A DNA stretch of 64,000 bases, taken from a phage. The notes beneath the pieces are model-generated. The model did no database searches. It had not been told where the DNA came from and saw nothing but the letters and a program-made list of their open reading frames with translations. Position 1 is the stretch's first letter; each line of letters begins with the position of its first letter. Positions 28,306 to 38,306 of this stretch are shown here, one piece after another. A program made the translations under genes and the position numbers. Where the stretch lies: the sequence record PQ400056.1; one strand, 5' to 3'.

Positions 28306-28809
28306 TTAAATTAAAGAAAATTTGTAAATCTCTATCAGATCGCCGTTACACGCGTAAACTTCCTCGATCTCATCAAGGATCATGGTCGTCCCTGTCTTGT
28401 ATATGCACTCGCGCTCATCTGCCAACATAGCATACAAAGACAGTCGAGTAGTCGGATTGTCATACTCTTTAGACACCACTCGGTCAATAGCATGTTCGTA
28501 ATAATTCATGCAAGGCTTGGTAGGTTTTATTGCAATAATCTTTCCTGTTGCATAAACATCGGTTGCAAAGTCCTCTGCTGTTGATTGTAGTGGCGTAAAG
28601 CTCATAGGACGCTCTACAACGAAAGAATCACCCACAATTAAGGTATCCAGCTTACGGCCTTCTCTTTTGCTCACACCGCGATACAAGGCTTCATGATGCA
28701 CTAACCGCTCAGTCTTTTCAATCAATCCATTAAGGATCGACATATCGATATTTTCTTTAGAGTTCATCACTTCATCAATGATGTTAAGTTCTTCTGGTGT
28801 AAATTGCAT
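28306..28809 (-). CDS. putative ADP-ribosyltransferase-like protein (ModA/ModB position)
   Basis: 167 aa; spacing of YRG ... QST ... ERE resembles the R / S-T / E-x-E arrangement of ADP-ribosyltransferases; between the Srd-like gene and gene 56 as in T4. Confidence 0.4.
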   Translation of the reverse strand: MQFTPEELNIIDEVMNSKENIDMSILNGLIEKTERLVHHEALYRGVSKREGRKLDTLIVGDSFVVERPMSFTPLQSTAEDFATDVYATGKIIAIKPTKPCMNYYEHAIDRVVSKEYDNPTTRLSLYAMLADERECIYKTGTTMILDEIEEVYACNGDLIEIYKFSLI

Positions 28810-28842
28810 AATAAAAAAGCCTCCAATCTTTCGACGGGAGGC

Positions 28843-28872
28843 ATAATAAAACCATTATAGAGTAGTGTCAAC
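28843..28872 (-). promoter_or_regulatory. early promoter GTTGAC, 18 nt, TATTAT followed by an SD-containing hairpin
   Basis: minus-strand GTTGAC (28872-28867), TATTAT (28848-28843); hairpin GCCTCC / GGAGGC (28819-28841) includes the SD for ATG 28809. Confidence 0.45.
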
Positions 28873-28878
28873 TAATTT

Positions 28879-29397
28879 TTAGTAGCCGCGTTCTTGACGG
28901 GCGAAGTTTTCAGCATTTTTCAGATAGTACAGAATAAAGAGTTCTTGAGCGTCAATACCCAGCGGGATCATCTTTGACAGAATGAAGTGGATCGCGTCCA
29001 CAAATTCAAATTTCACTTCAAGCTGATCTTCCGGTGACAGTTCAGAGAATTTACGCGCTCGCGCTTCTCCGTGGTTCTTTTTCCACATTTTCCAGATTGC
29101 ACTTGCATCTTTACCATTGGACATTCCACCCAGCGATGTGTAAAGCTCTCGTGTTTCGTCTGCGATAGCGTCATCCATCCGTTGCATCCAATCCAGCATT
29201 TCACCGCAAGTCTCTAGCTTAGTTGGATTTGGGACCCAATCAAATTTTTCGGATAATGCAACCTGCAAACCAGTTTGCATTTCGAGCATCACCTGAAACG
29301 GATCTTTACCTTCTGCAATAGCGTGATGATATGCGGCGATAGCCGCGTTAATATCTTTTTCGTTAACCAGACCAGCACAAGAATTAAATTCTGACAT
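28879..29397 (-). CDS. 56: dCTP pyrophosphatase gp56 (MazG-like)
   Basis: DPFQVMLEMQ, KLETCGEMLDWM, SPEDQLEVKFEFVDAIHFIL, YYLKNAENFARQERGY closely match remembered T4 gp56; track start is GTG, ATG at 29397. Confidence 0.88.
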   Translation of the reverse strand: MSEFNSCAGLVNEKDINAAIAAYHHAIAEGKDPFQVMLEMQTGLQVALSEKFDWVPNPTKLETCGEMLDWMQRMDDAIADETRELYTSLGGMSNGKDASAIWKMWKKNHGEARARKFSELSPEDQLEVKFEFVDAIHFILSKMIPLGIDAQELFILYYLKNAENFARQERGY

Positions 29398-29411
29398 ATT
29401 CACCTCATTAA

Positions 29412-30440
29412 TTAAAATTTACAATATTTCATAAACCGCATTTTAGCCATCAGACCTTGTACGGTGTTCTCTTTGATGTATTCCATGATCTGGTCGCGTG
29501 TAGCGCCCTCGTCCTGAATCATGGCGTTAACGTCTTTAGAATGCCACGGGCAGCGATCCCACAAAACAATCTTTTCCCCTGCATTGATAAACTTTTCCAG
29601 TCGGTGCATTGTATCGGCAGACCGTGGTTCCGCATCAAGTACAAACACTCGCTGGTCTGGGAAAGGGATTTCATCTAATCCCAACGTACCGCCAGTAATT
29701 GCACACCCGTTATCAATAAACAATGAATCGATCGGACCTTCTAAGAAATACACTGGTTTACTCGGATCGGCGCGTTCAAGACCATAGACCTTACTCGCTA
29801 ACTCGTGAGTTTTAATCGTCATATATTTGGTCTTTCCGTAATCCTTTCTCAATGCTCGCCCCTGAACGGATTCTATCTTGTTCTCGCGGTTAAAGATAGG
29901 AATAACTAAACGCGGTTCAGGTTGTGGATTCTTGAAAGTATCAGCCTTAATGTGATTTGCTACCTTTTGCCATTCTCTCGTGAAATACAGAAGATCCCAT
30001 TTATCGTGGGGAATGCAACGATCACTGACATACTTTATTATAGGATGATTAGCCGGAAGAGTATCTAATCTCTCGCAGAAAGGCAATGTTTGCACTTTCT
30101 TAATCTCCGGCTTTTCTACCTTTTTCAGTGGCTTGAACGTGGTGTTCTTGTGGTCGCCTTGTTCCTTCCGTCGTTCCATAAGCCATTCCCTGAATAGGTC
30201 CGGCTTATACTGTTTGAGAAATTCACCTAACGGCTGATTGTAGTTACAGTTGAAACAGCCGCAACGCAAACTATCTTTATAGGTATAGATACGGAATCGC
30301 GCTTGAGTATGATTTTTCTTTGAGTCACCGCAGATCGGACAACTACAGACCAGCGTAAATGAGCTAGTATGCAACCGTTTAAAATTTCGTTCGCCGTATA
30401 TGGCTTTTTCCGCTATTTCATAATCTGCGTAGTAAATCAT
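29412..30440 (-). CDS. 61: DNA primase gp61
   Basis: 342 aa, same as T4 gp61; zinc-finger CPICGDSKKN, PRLVIPIFN, LEGPIDSLFI, EGATRDQIMEYIKEN. Confidence 0.92.
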   Translation of the reverse strand: MIYYADYEIAEKAIYGERNFKRLHTSSFTLVCSCPICGDSKKNHTQARFRIYTYKDSLRCGCFNCNYNQPLGEFLKQYKPDLFREWLMERRKEQGDHKNTTFKPLKKVEKPEIKKVQTLPFCERLDTLPANHPIIKYVSDRCIPHDKWDLLYFTREWQKVANHIKADTFKNPQPEPRLVIPIFNRENKIESVQGRALRKDYGKTKYMTIKTHELASKVYGLERADPSKPVYFLEGPIDSLFIDNGCAITGGTLGLDEIPFPDQRVFVLDAEPRSADTMHRLEKFINAGEKIVLWDRCPWHSKDVNAMIQDEGATRDQIMEYIKENTVQGLMAKMRFMKYCKF

Positions 30441-30449
30441 AATAACCTC

Positions 30450-30653
30450 TTATAGCTCAAATTTCATGAAAGTTCCTACACTTTCATTTTCATTCTCTCC
30501 GTTTTCATCTAAGCCAAATTTGTATACACTACCATCTGGCGATGTGTAAGAGAATACACGAAAACGGCCTACCGAATCAAGTTCTGTAAATTCATATTCT
30601 TTTCCGGCTTCAAAAAGTGCATATGTGCTTTTAAGACATTTCATCGTAATCAT
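30450..30653 (-). CDS. hypothetical protein (67 aa)
   Basis: ORF immediately downstream of gene 61. Confidence 0.45.
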   Translation of the reverse strand: MITMKCLKSTYALFEAGKEYEFTELDSVGRFRVFSYTSPDGSVYKFGLDENGENENESVGTFMKFEL

Positions 30654-30973
30654 TTAAGCGCCACCGACAACAGAATGAGAACTACACCAACATACATTGT
30701 GATCTCGGATAACTTTTCTGTTTTTGTTTTGTGTCCAGATAATCCGAAAACAACAACACCGATAATAGCGGACAGCAAGCCAACGATAAACATGATGATA
30801 CTAAGCACCGTCTTTCTCCTTTTTGCGTTTTTCTTTACCCGCTACACTAGGTCCACGATTGGTAATAGATCCGCTCGTTTCCCCTGCTGCGATCTTCTCA
30901 GGATTGCCGCCAGCATCGCCAGCGGTCATATCTTCTTTGAGTTTATTTTCTTCAACAAACTGTTTAAATCCAA

Positions 30974-31351
30974 TCATAGAATAATCTCTTTCAGTAAGTC
31001 AACAATCTGGTCTTTCGTCAGTTTATCCTGATTCTCTACAATCTTGATAACACAAGCATTAACATCTTTTCGAGTCACGCGGGAGATCGTTTTAATACGA
31101 TGAAACGGTTCGTAGAAATATACTGCTTCATTATAGAGCGCAGCAATTTTTCGACGCATTTGATCTTTATCTGACAAGAAAACAAGTGCTGTTTTATGAC
31201 CTTCTACACCCGCCACGTTATATAGTTCAGCAACACCCCAGCGACCTTCCGGTTCAATCATTCCGGCGTGTTTACCGTCGATAAAAATAAGAATATCTCC
31301 GTTGAATGCGGTTTTGAATGCTACATCTTCCGGCGTAATCATATTTTTCAT
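30974..31351 (-). CDS. hypothetical protein (125 aa)
   Basis: minus-strand ORF; two further sub-60-aa ORFs (one hydrophobic) lie at 30650-30978. Confidence 0.5.
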   Translation of the reverse strand: MKNMITPEDVAFKTAFNGDILIFIDGKHAGMIEPEGRWGVAELYNVAGVEGHKTALVFLSDKDQMRRKIAALYNEAVYFYEPFHRIKTISRVTRKDVNACVIKIVENQDKLTKDQIVDLLKEIIL

Positions 31352-31381
31352 AATATCGTCTCCTTAGAGTTTCATTATAGA

Positions 31382-32017
31382 TCAAGCGAATGTAGAAAGC
31401 AAACGTTTTGTTTCTTTCAGTTGTCGTTCAAGATCTTTGCGTTTCTCTTTAAGTTGCATTTTAGCATTATTTCGCTCTCTTGTAACCTCTTTATCAATGC
31501 TCTTATTCCAGTTATCAATATCAGAATAAGTTGGCATACCCAATTCTAGACCTAATGCGGTTGGATACAGGGTAACAGTCCATAAACCGCTAATCTTCTT
31601 AAATAGGTCGGGGTGTAGTGTACTATCTACATCTTCCGGTGTCAACTCTTTTTCTTCTTTCAGTGGTGGGATCTCGTCATATGGTTCCAGTGCATTTACT
31701 TTAATATCAGATACCTCATCAAAGAATCCGCGTACATCCGCAGGAAATACACAAGCAATTTCCCAACCGTGATCACGCAGAGAAGTAATATTTTTCACTC
31801 CCCCACCATGTGTGATGATTGATGTGACATTGCCATCAAGGTCCACCGAATTTACGAGAAATGGCTTATCGTCTGTCAGATCATTATAAAACTGTGCTTC
31901 GGCTGTAGTCATCTCCAGAAACAGATCTCGGATCGGACGACCATCAGGTGCGTTACCTTCCTTGAGAGTATAAAAGCGACTTACGATCCATTTTGGCGGT
32001 AAAGCATTAGCGATCAT
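31382..32017 (-). CDS. hypothetical protein (211 aa)
   Basis: minus-strand ORF between genes 41 and 61. Confidence 0.5.
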   Translation of the reverse strand: MIANALPPKWIVSRFYTLKEGNAPDGRPIRDLFLEMTTAEAQFYNDLTDDKPFLVNSVDLDGNVTSIITHGGGVKNITSLRDHGWEIACVFPADVRGFFDEVSDIKVNALEPYDEIPPLKEEKELTPEDVDSTLHPDLFKKISGLWTVTLYPTALGLELGMPTYSDIDNWNKSIDKEVTRERNNAKMQLKEKRKDLERQLKETKRLLSTFA

Positions 32018-32067
32018 GTTATATCTCCTATCAAATCATTCACCAGCGCCCCGTAGGGCGCATTTTA

Positions 32068-33480
32068 TTAGAAAGTCATGTTATTTGCTAGCTCGTCGAG
32101 TTTTTCTCGTTTCTCGGCTTGCTGTGCGCTTTGTGGTTTAACTTGTGCATTCTCCTGATCTGCGATCTGGTTTGGGACTTCATACCAACGCTGATTGCCT
32201 TTTTTCACACCAACGTTAAACCGTGAATAATAGTTCTTATCACCGTAACGAGACTTGATCTGCTTCATGAGTTGGACGCCCATTTTAGCCAGGTCTTCGG
32301 TTTCGATAACACCCAACATAAAGTCGGCAGTAGCCGGAAGACCTGCTGATTCAGCGGTATCACTCATGTTAAGGTCGGAAGCATCCCAACCAGCACGGGT
32401 AGTTTGTGCCGCAGTCCAACCAACAACATCCCACTTAACAAAAAATCCGCGAAGTTCTTCCGCAATCGCTTTAACGAGAGTGTAGCTATTCTCAGAGTAT
32501 ACACGCAAGCGAGACGATGCGCAAATCCCCAGATAGTCAACAATCACAACATCAGGTTTAAACTGTTTCTTGAGTCGCAATTCATTCATTAACGCCTCAA
32601 AGTGATTGGAGTTCGCGCCACCAGTCGGATACTGCTTGATCATCAATTTTCCAACCGGACGATCTCCGATCTTCTTATTCTTAACACGCTTCATACGTGC
32701 GGAATATTCCGCAAAAGAAACATTACCATTATCCAATTCATCTAATGTAATGTCAAGCAAGTTTGCGTCGATACGTTTGGCTACGACATGCTCTGCCATC
32801 TCCATTGAGATATACAATACATCATAACCACATTCCATATAATCCGCAGCAAGAGAACATAATCCAAGCGATTTACCAACATTTACACCAGCAAGCAACA
32901 CATTTAGCGTTTTTCTTTCCGCACCTCCTTTCGTGATTTTATTCAACATCGGCAGCTTAAACGGGATCTTATTCGCCTTAGTCTGATATAGCAAGAATCG
33001 TTTTTCAAAGTCATTAAACCAGTCATGACCTACATCAGAATCAAACGTAATGGATAGTGCTTCCTGCATGATCTCAGGAATAGCACCCTCACTCGGCAAT
33101 TTCTTATTCTGTTTCTCTTTTGGTAGTTGTGCGTTCGCCTGAATCTCTAGCGCCCGTGACATTGCATTATACATGGCACGGTCACGAATAAATTTTTCGG
33201 TTTCCTTCATTAACCAATCAAGGTCTTCCGGTGTATTCTCAAGCGAATCAAGAAGAGTTTTAGCCCCTTCATATGTTGTCTGATTGCCTCTCTCCTTGTC
33301 TAAAGCAATCTGTAATGCAGTTGGCGTAGGAATGTTGGAATATTCGTCTACGTGCTTTTTAATCAGCTTATAAATCAGTTTTTCTTCGTCTTCGGTGAAG
33401 TAGTCCGCTTTAAGGTGAGGCCATACATTCGTAAAGAATGCGCCATTGTAAATCAACTGTGAAAAGATAGTTTTAATCAT
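32068..33480 (-). CDS. 41: replicative DNA helicase gp41 (DnaB-like)
   Basis: 470 aa; Walker A LAGVNVGKSLGLCSLAADY, YISMEMAE, IVDYLGIC, KQIKSRYGDKN match remembered T4 gp41. Confidence 0.92.
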   Translation of the reverse strand: MIKTIFSQLIYNGAFFTNVWPHLKADYFTEDEEKLIYKLIKKHVDEYSNIPTPTALQIALDKERGNQTTYEGAKTLLDSLENTPEDLDWLMKETEKFIRDRAMYNAMSRALEIQANAQLPKEKQNKKLPSEGAIPEIMQEALSITFDSDVGHDWFNDFEKRFLLYQTKANKIPFKLPMLNKITKGGAERKTLNVLLAGVNVGKSLGLCSLAADYMECGYDVLYISMEMAEHVVAKRIDANLLDITLDELDNGNVSFAEYSARMKRVKNKKIGDRPVGKLMIKQYPTGGANSNHFEALMNELRLKKQFKPDVVIVDYLGICASSRLRVYSENSYTLVKAIAEELRGFFVKWDVVGWTAAQTTRAGWDASDLNMSDTAESAGLPATADFMLGVIETEDLAKMGVQLMKQIKSRYGDKNYYSRFNVGVKKGNQRWYEVPNQIADQENAQVKPQSAQQAEKREKLDELANNMTF

Positions 33481-33794
33481 ACATAGCCCCCAACTACACG
33501 CATAACAAAGGTCTTGAGTTTATACCAGAAAGTTTCTTTTTTCAACTTTTCTTCTGCTTCTTTGATCTGCGCGGTTAACGCCTTAATGACGTGTGGATAT
33601 ACCACATCACGATCTGACGGCGTGGAGTAGTCGACCACAATACCTTTAGTGTCTGTATCGTATTCAACATTATGAATATAGACAATATGATGTTCTCCCT
33701 CTTCATCAACAATTATCAGTTCCTGAATAACTGTCTTCATTGCTTCTTGAATCAAGCCGTGTGCTTCTTCTAAACTTGTTGGTTTCTTATCCAT
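33477..33794 (-). CDS. 40: gp40-position protein (105 aa)
   Basis: position between uvsX and 41 as in T4; sequence identity to T4 gp40 not verified. Confidence 0.45.
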   Translation of the reverse strand: MDKKPTSLEEAHGLIQEAMKTVIQELIIVDEEGEHHIVYIHNVEYDTDTKGIVVDYSTPSDRDVVYPHVIKALTAQIKEAEEKLKKETFWYKLKTFVMRVVGGYV

Positions 33795-33815
33795 AATATA
33801 ATCCTCTCTAGATAT

Positions 33816-33837
33816 GAAAAAGGGGCACGTAGCCCCT
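33816..33837 (-). terminator. hairpin with T-run after uvsX (minus strand)
   Basis: minus-strand AGGGGC-TACGT-GCCCCT followed by TTTTT. Confidence 0.45.
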
Positions 33838-33849
33838 TTACTACCATTG

Positions 33850-34920
33850 TTATGCTAACATATCTTCGATTTCTTTGTCAACTGCTTCGTCGCTGATCAC
33901 TTGCCCCAGCTTATAATGATCGTTGATTGCTTCGTTAAACTTATCGTTTGTCAGAAGTGGTTTCCAGAACTCAATGCTATTGGTTTCTTTAGCACGGAAC
34001 TTGCGTTCTTCGGTTTCCATCTCTCCGGTCTCGGTATTTAGGATTGAACGAGAATACCAGCCGTTTGACGGTTTCACTACCCAGCCTAAATCTACAGCCA
34101 ATTCCAGCAACCCGGAATAAGGATCGATACCACCGCTAAATGTTACGCTAATCGGGAACTTAGATTTTTCTTTAACGGTTCGTGATTTTTCCGCATTCAG
34201 GATAAAATCATAACCAGTAATTTCGGTTCCTTCTTTCTGCTGACGACGACCAATAATGAAAACTTCATTGGCTGAATACATCGCGCCCGTACCGCCGGAC
34301 ATAACGGTCTTACTAAACATTTCTTGCGTTTCGTAAGTGTGGTTAATAGCGATGCACGGGATATCATTCATAGTCAGATACGGCGTAACCATACGGAACA
34401 AGCCTTTAAGTGCTTTAGCTCGCGTCATATCCTGCGCTGATTTCTCATTAATCGCGTCTTCAACTTCTTTTTTGCTTGCTAAGTTACCGATTGAGTCAAT
34501 AAAGATGATCACTTTATCTTCACGGGTAATTTGCTCAAGCTGGTTCATGATTTCAAATTTCAGTTCTTCGATGTTCTTGATTGGAACATGCACCACGCGA
34601 TCAGGATCTACACCCATAGATTCAAGATAAGCGGACGTAATACCAAACTCAGAATCAAAGAACAAGCACGCCGCATCAGGATTCTGTTTCATGTATGCAC
34701 TAACGCAAGTTAATCCCATGTTTGATTTAAAGTGCTTAGACGGACCAGCAAAGAAAATCAGACCAGATTGAAAGCCTTTTTTAAGATCACCTGAAAACGC
34801 AATATTCAGCATCGGGATCTTAGTGCGAGTATTTGTTTTTTCGTTAAAGAAGCTGGATTTAGACAGTACCGCAGTAGTTTTCAGGGTAGAGTTCTTTTTC
34901 AGTTTTTCCAGTACAGACAT
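33850..34920 (-). CDS. uvsX: recombinase UvsX (RecA-like)
   Basis: 356 aa; Walker A FAGPSKHFKSN, IPCIAINHTYETQEMFSKTVMSGGTG, KSRTVKEKSKF match remembered T4 UvsX. Confidence 0.92.
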   Translation of the reverse strand: MSVLEKLKKNSTLKTTAVLSKSSFFNEKTNTRTKIPMLNIAFSGDLKKGFQSGLIFFAGPSKHFKSNMGLTCVSAYMKQNPDAACLFFDSEFGITSAYLESMGVDPDRVVHVPIKNIEELKFEIMNQLEQITREDKVIIFIDSIGNLASKKEVEDAINEKSAQDMTRAKALKGLFRMVTPYLTMNDIPCIAINHTYETQEMFSKTVMSGGTGAMYSANEVFIIGRRQQKEGTEITGYDFILNAEKSRTVKEKSKFPISVTFSGGIDPYSGLLELAVDLGWVVKPSNGWYSRSILNTETGEMETEERKFRAKETNSIEFWKPLLTNDKFNEAINDHYKLGQVISDEAVDKEIEDMLA

Positions 34921-34931
34921 TATTAATACCT

Positions 34932-35120
34932 CTATTCAGTTAATCCGTAATACTTTAATTGCTTCATTGTTATTCGATCTTTGTAGTGCTCTTGAATTAA
35001 CTTTTTCATCGCATCAACATCGATCGTCACAAATACTTCGTTGCTGTGATTTCCGTGAACTTTCTTGAAATGCTCTATGCCTTCCTCACGTTCACGTTTA
35101 ATCTTTTCAATGTCTCTCAT
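34932..35120 (-). CDS. hypothetical protein (62 aa)
   Basis: track ORF 34932-35159 starts at GTG; first ATG at 35120; the only ORF between uvsX and 43. Confidence 0.4.
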   Translation of the reverse strand: MRDIEKIKREREEGIEHFKKVHGNHSNEVFVTIDVDAMKKLIQEHYKDRITMKQLKYYGLTE

Positions 35121-35164
35121 CGTATATTTCTCACGTTGGCGGGTATCGTCACCCAACACCCGCC

Positions 35165-35192
35165 ATTATACACACTTTATCTTAAATGTCAA
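35165..35192 (-). promoter_or_regulatory. consensus sigma70-type promoter TTGACA, 16 nt, TATAAT downstream of gene 43
   Basis: minus-strand TTGACA (35192-35187), TATAAT (35170-35165); followed by hairpin GGCGGGT / ACCCGCC (35137-35163). Confidence 0.55.
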
Positions 35193-37860
35193 ACAGGTCA
35201 GTCAGAGAAGCAACTTTCTCATATTGCAGCTTTGCAGCCGTGGTAATGTTCTCCAGTGGTTTGACGAAAGTCTTATTAAACAACAAAGGCCAGTCTAACC
35301 ACTTTAACACCTCTGATTCAATTTCTGGAGGAATACGAGTACCGGACAACCAACCAAAACAGATTTCTCCAAACGGATTTCGATCTTTCAGCGGTACAAT
35401 CATAACCTTCTCGCCCTCACGAATTGGATCTAGTCCGAATTTTCGAGCATTACGATTATAACACAATACACTCTTAACCGCATACGGACAACCCTTAATC
35501 GGATACCCGTTTGAATCGCTGTATTTCTGTAGGTTGTTTGCAGATGATACCGCAGCAACCTCAAGATAATCAAGTTTTCTAAATTCTTGCTCAAAAATAC
35601 CGTAGTATTCCTGCAATGACTCTTCACCTTCCTGCAACATACGGCGAATACATTCTTTCAGTGATTTCTGACATGCTTTAGGGGTGGAGCTACGTTGCGT
35701 TTCCAAGCCCATGATTTTTAGCTTAGGTTCAGCAAAGCGCGTTCCTTCCATATCCCAAACATTAAGAGCATAACGCTTTTTGCCAGTCCAGAATCCACCG
35801 ATACCCGCAGATTTCAACGGAGGACCAGCAATTGCCTCACGGTCCATAAACATCAAGTGCTCATAGTTGTTCATGTACTCGCATAACTCGCGATATCCCT
35901 TGTCGATAATAGGTTCCATTCGATGTTTACCGAAATTATCAAGGAAGTCAACAAGTTTTTCGGTATCGTCGAAACGGTCTTCCCCGCCAACCTTATCAAC
36001 AACATTGTTAACCAGCACATAAACGGAGTCAGTATCACAATAACGAACATATGCAAAATCGGTTGTTCCGCAAAGCTCGTTTAAGTATTCGTTAATCTTA
36101 CGCTCAATCCACTGAATTGCAAGCTGACCAAACAAGGTGATCGCACTAGCGTTACGGAGATCATAAAAACGGAATTTAGGATTCCCCAACGCACCATAAA
36201 GGGAGTTGATCAAAACTTTTCGAGAAAGCTGGTTTGTATTGCACAAGATCGACTCGTCTTTACATTCTTCCAGCAATTTCTCTAAGGCATCTTTACTTAA
36301 TTCAGAAAGCATCGATTTAAACGCTTCATCAAAGTCGTGACGTACTTCAACGCTATAGCTAATGGTTCCCCCATAAACATGATTTTCATCGTGTAGAATC
36401 GCTTTACAGAGTTCAGCATTGCGATCACATGCCAACATCATGTTTTTGTACTGCTTACGCTGATCGAATACCTTTTTAATCTCAATCGGTACGATACCGT
36501 GAATATCTTTTCTATACATCCATCCGTTAGGAGAGCAAGAATACTCATCACTCGGACGTGGTGCAGTTTTATTGATATACTCGTGCATCGGTGCAGCATC
36601 AAAAGATCCGGCGATTGTTTCCGGCGAAATGTTAACCTGTCGAATAATAGATGGGTACAGACTTGTTAAGTCAAAGCTCATCATCCAACGGTAAGCATTC
36701 GGCACAGGTTCTTTTACGAATGCGCCTGGATACGTCTGCTTAGGCTGTATCTTATTTTCCGGTACTACTTTACCCTCAGCTTTCAGAGATCCGAAGATAA
36801 TAGCATCCCATACTTTCATCGGGTTATAAACATGGTTAAATTTAATCTTTGCATAGAAACATAGACTATACACAAGATCGATAAATCCACGCTTTTTATC
36901 AATCGCCAGCACACGATCAACGTCGCCGATGTTATAATCGATGTAAAGTTGATGGTTGTCATCACGCAATTTCTTTAACGGACCATCATAATCAACCTTA
37001 CCGATTCCTGTCTCATATTCAGCAACATAATCTAACGCATATGTTGGTTGAGTCGTAAAGCTAAATTTCTTGTACAGGTCAATATAATCAAGGCTTTCGA
37101 TCCCCATGATCGTAAATGCTTCACGCTCGTTGCCAAAATCATCCTGTGAGATTCGGGATTTAATCTTACCGCACGGGCTTAGACGGTTAGCGGTTCTACT
37201 TCCGAACTTATTACTGATACGTTTAATGATATATGGAATATCGAATGTTTCTGTGTTCCAGCCAGTGAAACCAACGGGTCGGTTTTCCTCAAAGAATCGG
37301 ATGTATTCTAACAGCAATTCATCTTCTGTGTCATAGACGTTATAAACAACGCGCTCTACAATATCAGGTCGAAGAATAGACTTGCTTGCTTCCCAGATTT
37401 CACCGTTTTTTCCCTTCAAATCAAATACAAAGAAACGATCATGTACTGAATCATAATGCGTAATTGCATCGATAGGATATTTCGCTTCTTCTGGTTTAGG
37501 AAATTCTGGGGCAGTGACCTCGATATCAACCCATGCTACACGGATTTTATTTCGGTCATATCGAATCTCTCCTTTATACGTATCAGACAGATAGGAGATG
37601 ATAAAATCATCCATCCCTAGCGCCTCTTGCCCCATTTCTCCCATCTTTTTACGCCATTTGTTGGCCTCGTTCATAGAGGGGAATTTTTTAGCAATGCAAG
37701 GCTTGCCATAGATATCTTTATAATTCGTAACCATACCAGGCGCGGCATGATGAAATAAAGTTGGCGTATATTCAACGTAACGCTCTTGTTCTTGTCCAGC
37801 ATCATCAATATAACGCTCGTAGATCTTATCACCTACTCGCTCACATGACAGAAAATACAT
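35182..37860 (-). CDS. 43: DNA polymerase gp43 (family B)
   Basis: VGDKIYERYID, GWNTETFDIPYI, MSFDLTSLYPSIIRQVNISPETI, YCDTDSVYV, KKRYALNVWDMEG match remembered T4 gp43; track start 37890 is GTG, ATG with AAGGAG SD at 37860. Confidence 0.95.
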   Translation of the reverse strand: MYFLSCERVGDKIYERYIDDAGQEQERYVEYTPTLFHHAAPGMVTNYKDIYGKPCIAKKFPSMNEANKWRKKMGEMGQEALGMDDFIISYLSDTYKGEIRYDRNKIRVAWVDIEVTAPEFPKPEEAKYPIDAITHYDSVHDRFFVFDLKGKNGEIWEASKSILRPDIVERVVYNVYDTEDELLLEYIRFFEENRPVGFTGWNTETFDIPYIIKRISNKFGSRTANRLSPCGKIKSRISQDDFGNEREAFTIMGIESLDYIDLYKKFSFTTQPTYALDYVAEYETGIGKVDYDGPLKKLRDDNHQLYIDYNIGDVDRVLAIDKKRGFIDLVYSLCFYAKIKFNHVYNPMKVWDAIIFGSLKAEGKVVPENKIQPKQTYPGAFVKEPVPNAYRWMMSFDLTSLYPSIIRQVNISPETIAGSFDAAPMHEYINKTAPRPSDEYSCSPNGWMYRKDIHGIVPIEIKKVFDQRKQYKNMMLACDRNAELCKAILHDENHVYGGTISYSVEVRHDFDEAFKSMLSELSKDALEKLLEECKDESILCNTNQLSRKVLINSLYGALGNPKFRFYDLRNASAITLFGQLAIQWIERKINEYLNELCGTTDFAYVRYCDTDSVYVLVNNVVDKVGGEDRFDDTEKLVDFLDNFGKHRMEPIIDKGYRELCEYMNNYEHLMFMDREAIAGPPLKSAGIGGFWTGKKRYALNVWDMEGTRFAEPKLKIMGLETQRSSTPKACQKSLKECIRRMLQEGEESLQEYYGIFEQEFRKLDYLEVAAVSSANNLQKYSDSNGYPIKGCPYAVKSVLCYNRNARKFGLDPIREGEKVMIVPLKDRNPFGEICFGWLSGTRIPPEIESEVLKWLDWPLLFNKTFVKPLENITTAAKLQYEKVASLTDLFDI

Positions 37861-37892
37861 AATATAAACTCCTTCACTTACGAAAGACACTC

Positions 37893-37921
37893 ATTATAGG
37901 GGAATCGACTTAGTTTGTCAA
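37893..37921 (-). promoter_or_regulatory. consensus sigma70-type promoter TTGACA, 17 nt, TATAAT for gene 43, embedded in an inverted repeat
   Basis: minus-strand TTGACA (37921-37916), TATAAT (37898-37893); flanked by inverted repeat ATAGGGG / CCCCTAT (37896-37930). Confidence 0.6.
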
Positions 37922-37942
37922 TACCCCTATCCCATCAGTATC

Positions 37943-38305
37943 TTATCGCCCGATCTGATATTTCTCGATCAGCGTCCACTCTTCTTTCTGTTTGAAAGAC
38001 AATACACGGAAATTATTAACTTCGGTAGTTTCAAAATCACTATCAATCAGGGTACACAGATTCCACTGCGCCAGAAGTTTTGCAATGTTATTACGGCGTA
38101 ATTCATCTTCCCACGTCATTTTAACACTACGACCATCTAATTTCAACAACTCCTTGAAATGAACGATGTAATAGCGCCCTTTCTTCTGGAGAATATGACA
38201 AGACTGATACAGTGTCTTGTCTCGATTGTTGGCAATGCCGCAGCGGGTTAAAGTTTCCTTAATTTTAAGGAAGTTTTCAGGACTAATCAAATTAATTTCA
38301 ATCAT
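37943..38305 (-). CDS. regA: translational repressor RegA
   Basis: 120 aa; IKETLTRCGIANNRDKTLYQSCHILQKKGRYYIVHFKELLKLDGR and NNFRVLSFKQKEEW match remembered T4 RegA. Confidence 0.92.
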   Translation of the reverse strand: MIEINLISPENFLKIKETLTRCGIANNRDKTLYQSCHILQKKGRYYIVHFKELLKLDGRSVKMTWEDELRRNNIAKLLAQWNLCTLIDSDFETTEVNNFRVLSFKQKEEWTLIEKYQIGR

Positions 38306-38306
38306 T

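Noticed and set aside
37896-37930. Inverted repeat upstream of gene 43 as a gp43 translational operator hairpin
   Set aside because: It overlaps a perfect TTGACA, 17 nt, TATAAT promoter and lies upstream of the likely transcription start, so a promoter with possible operator is more parsimonious than an mRNA hairpin.
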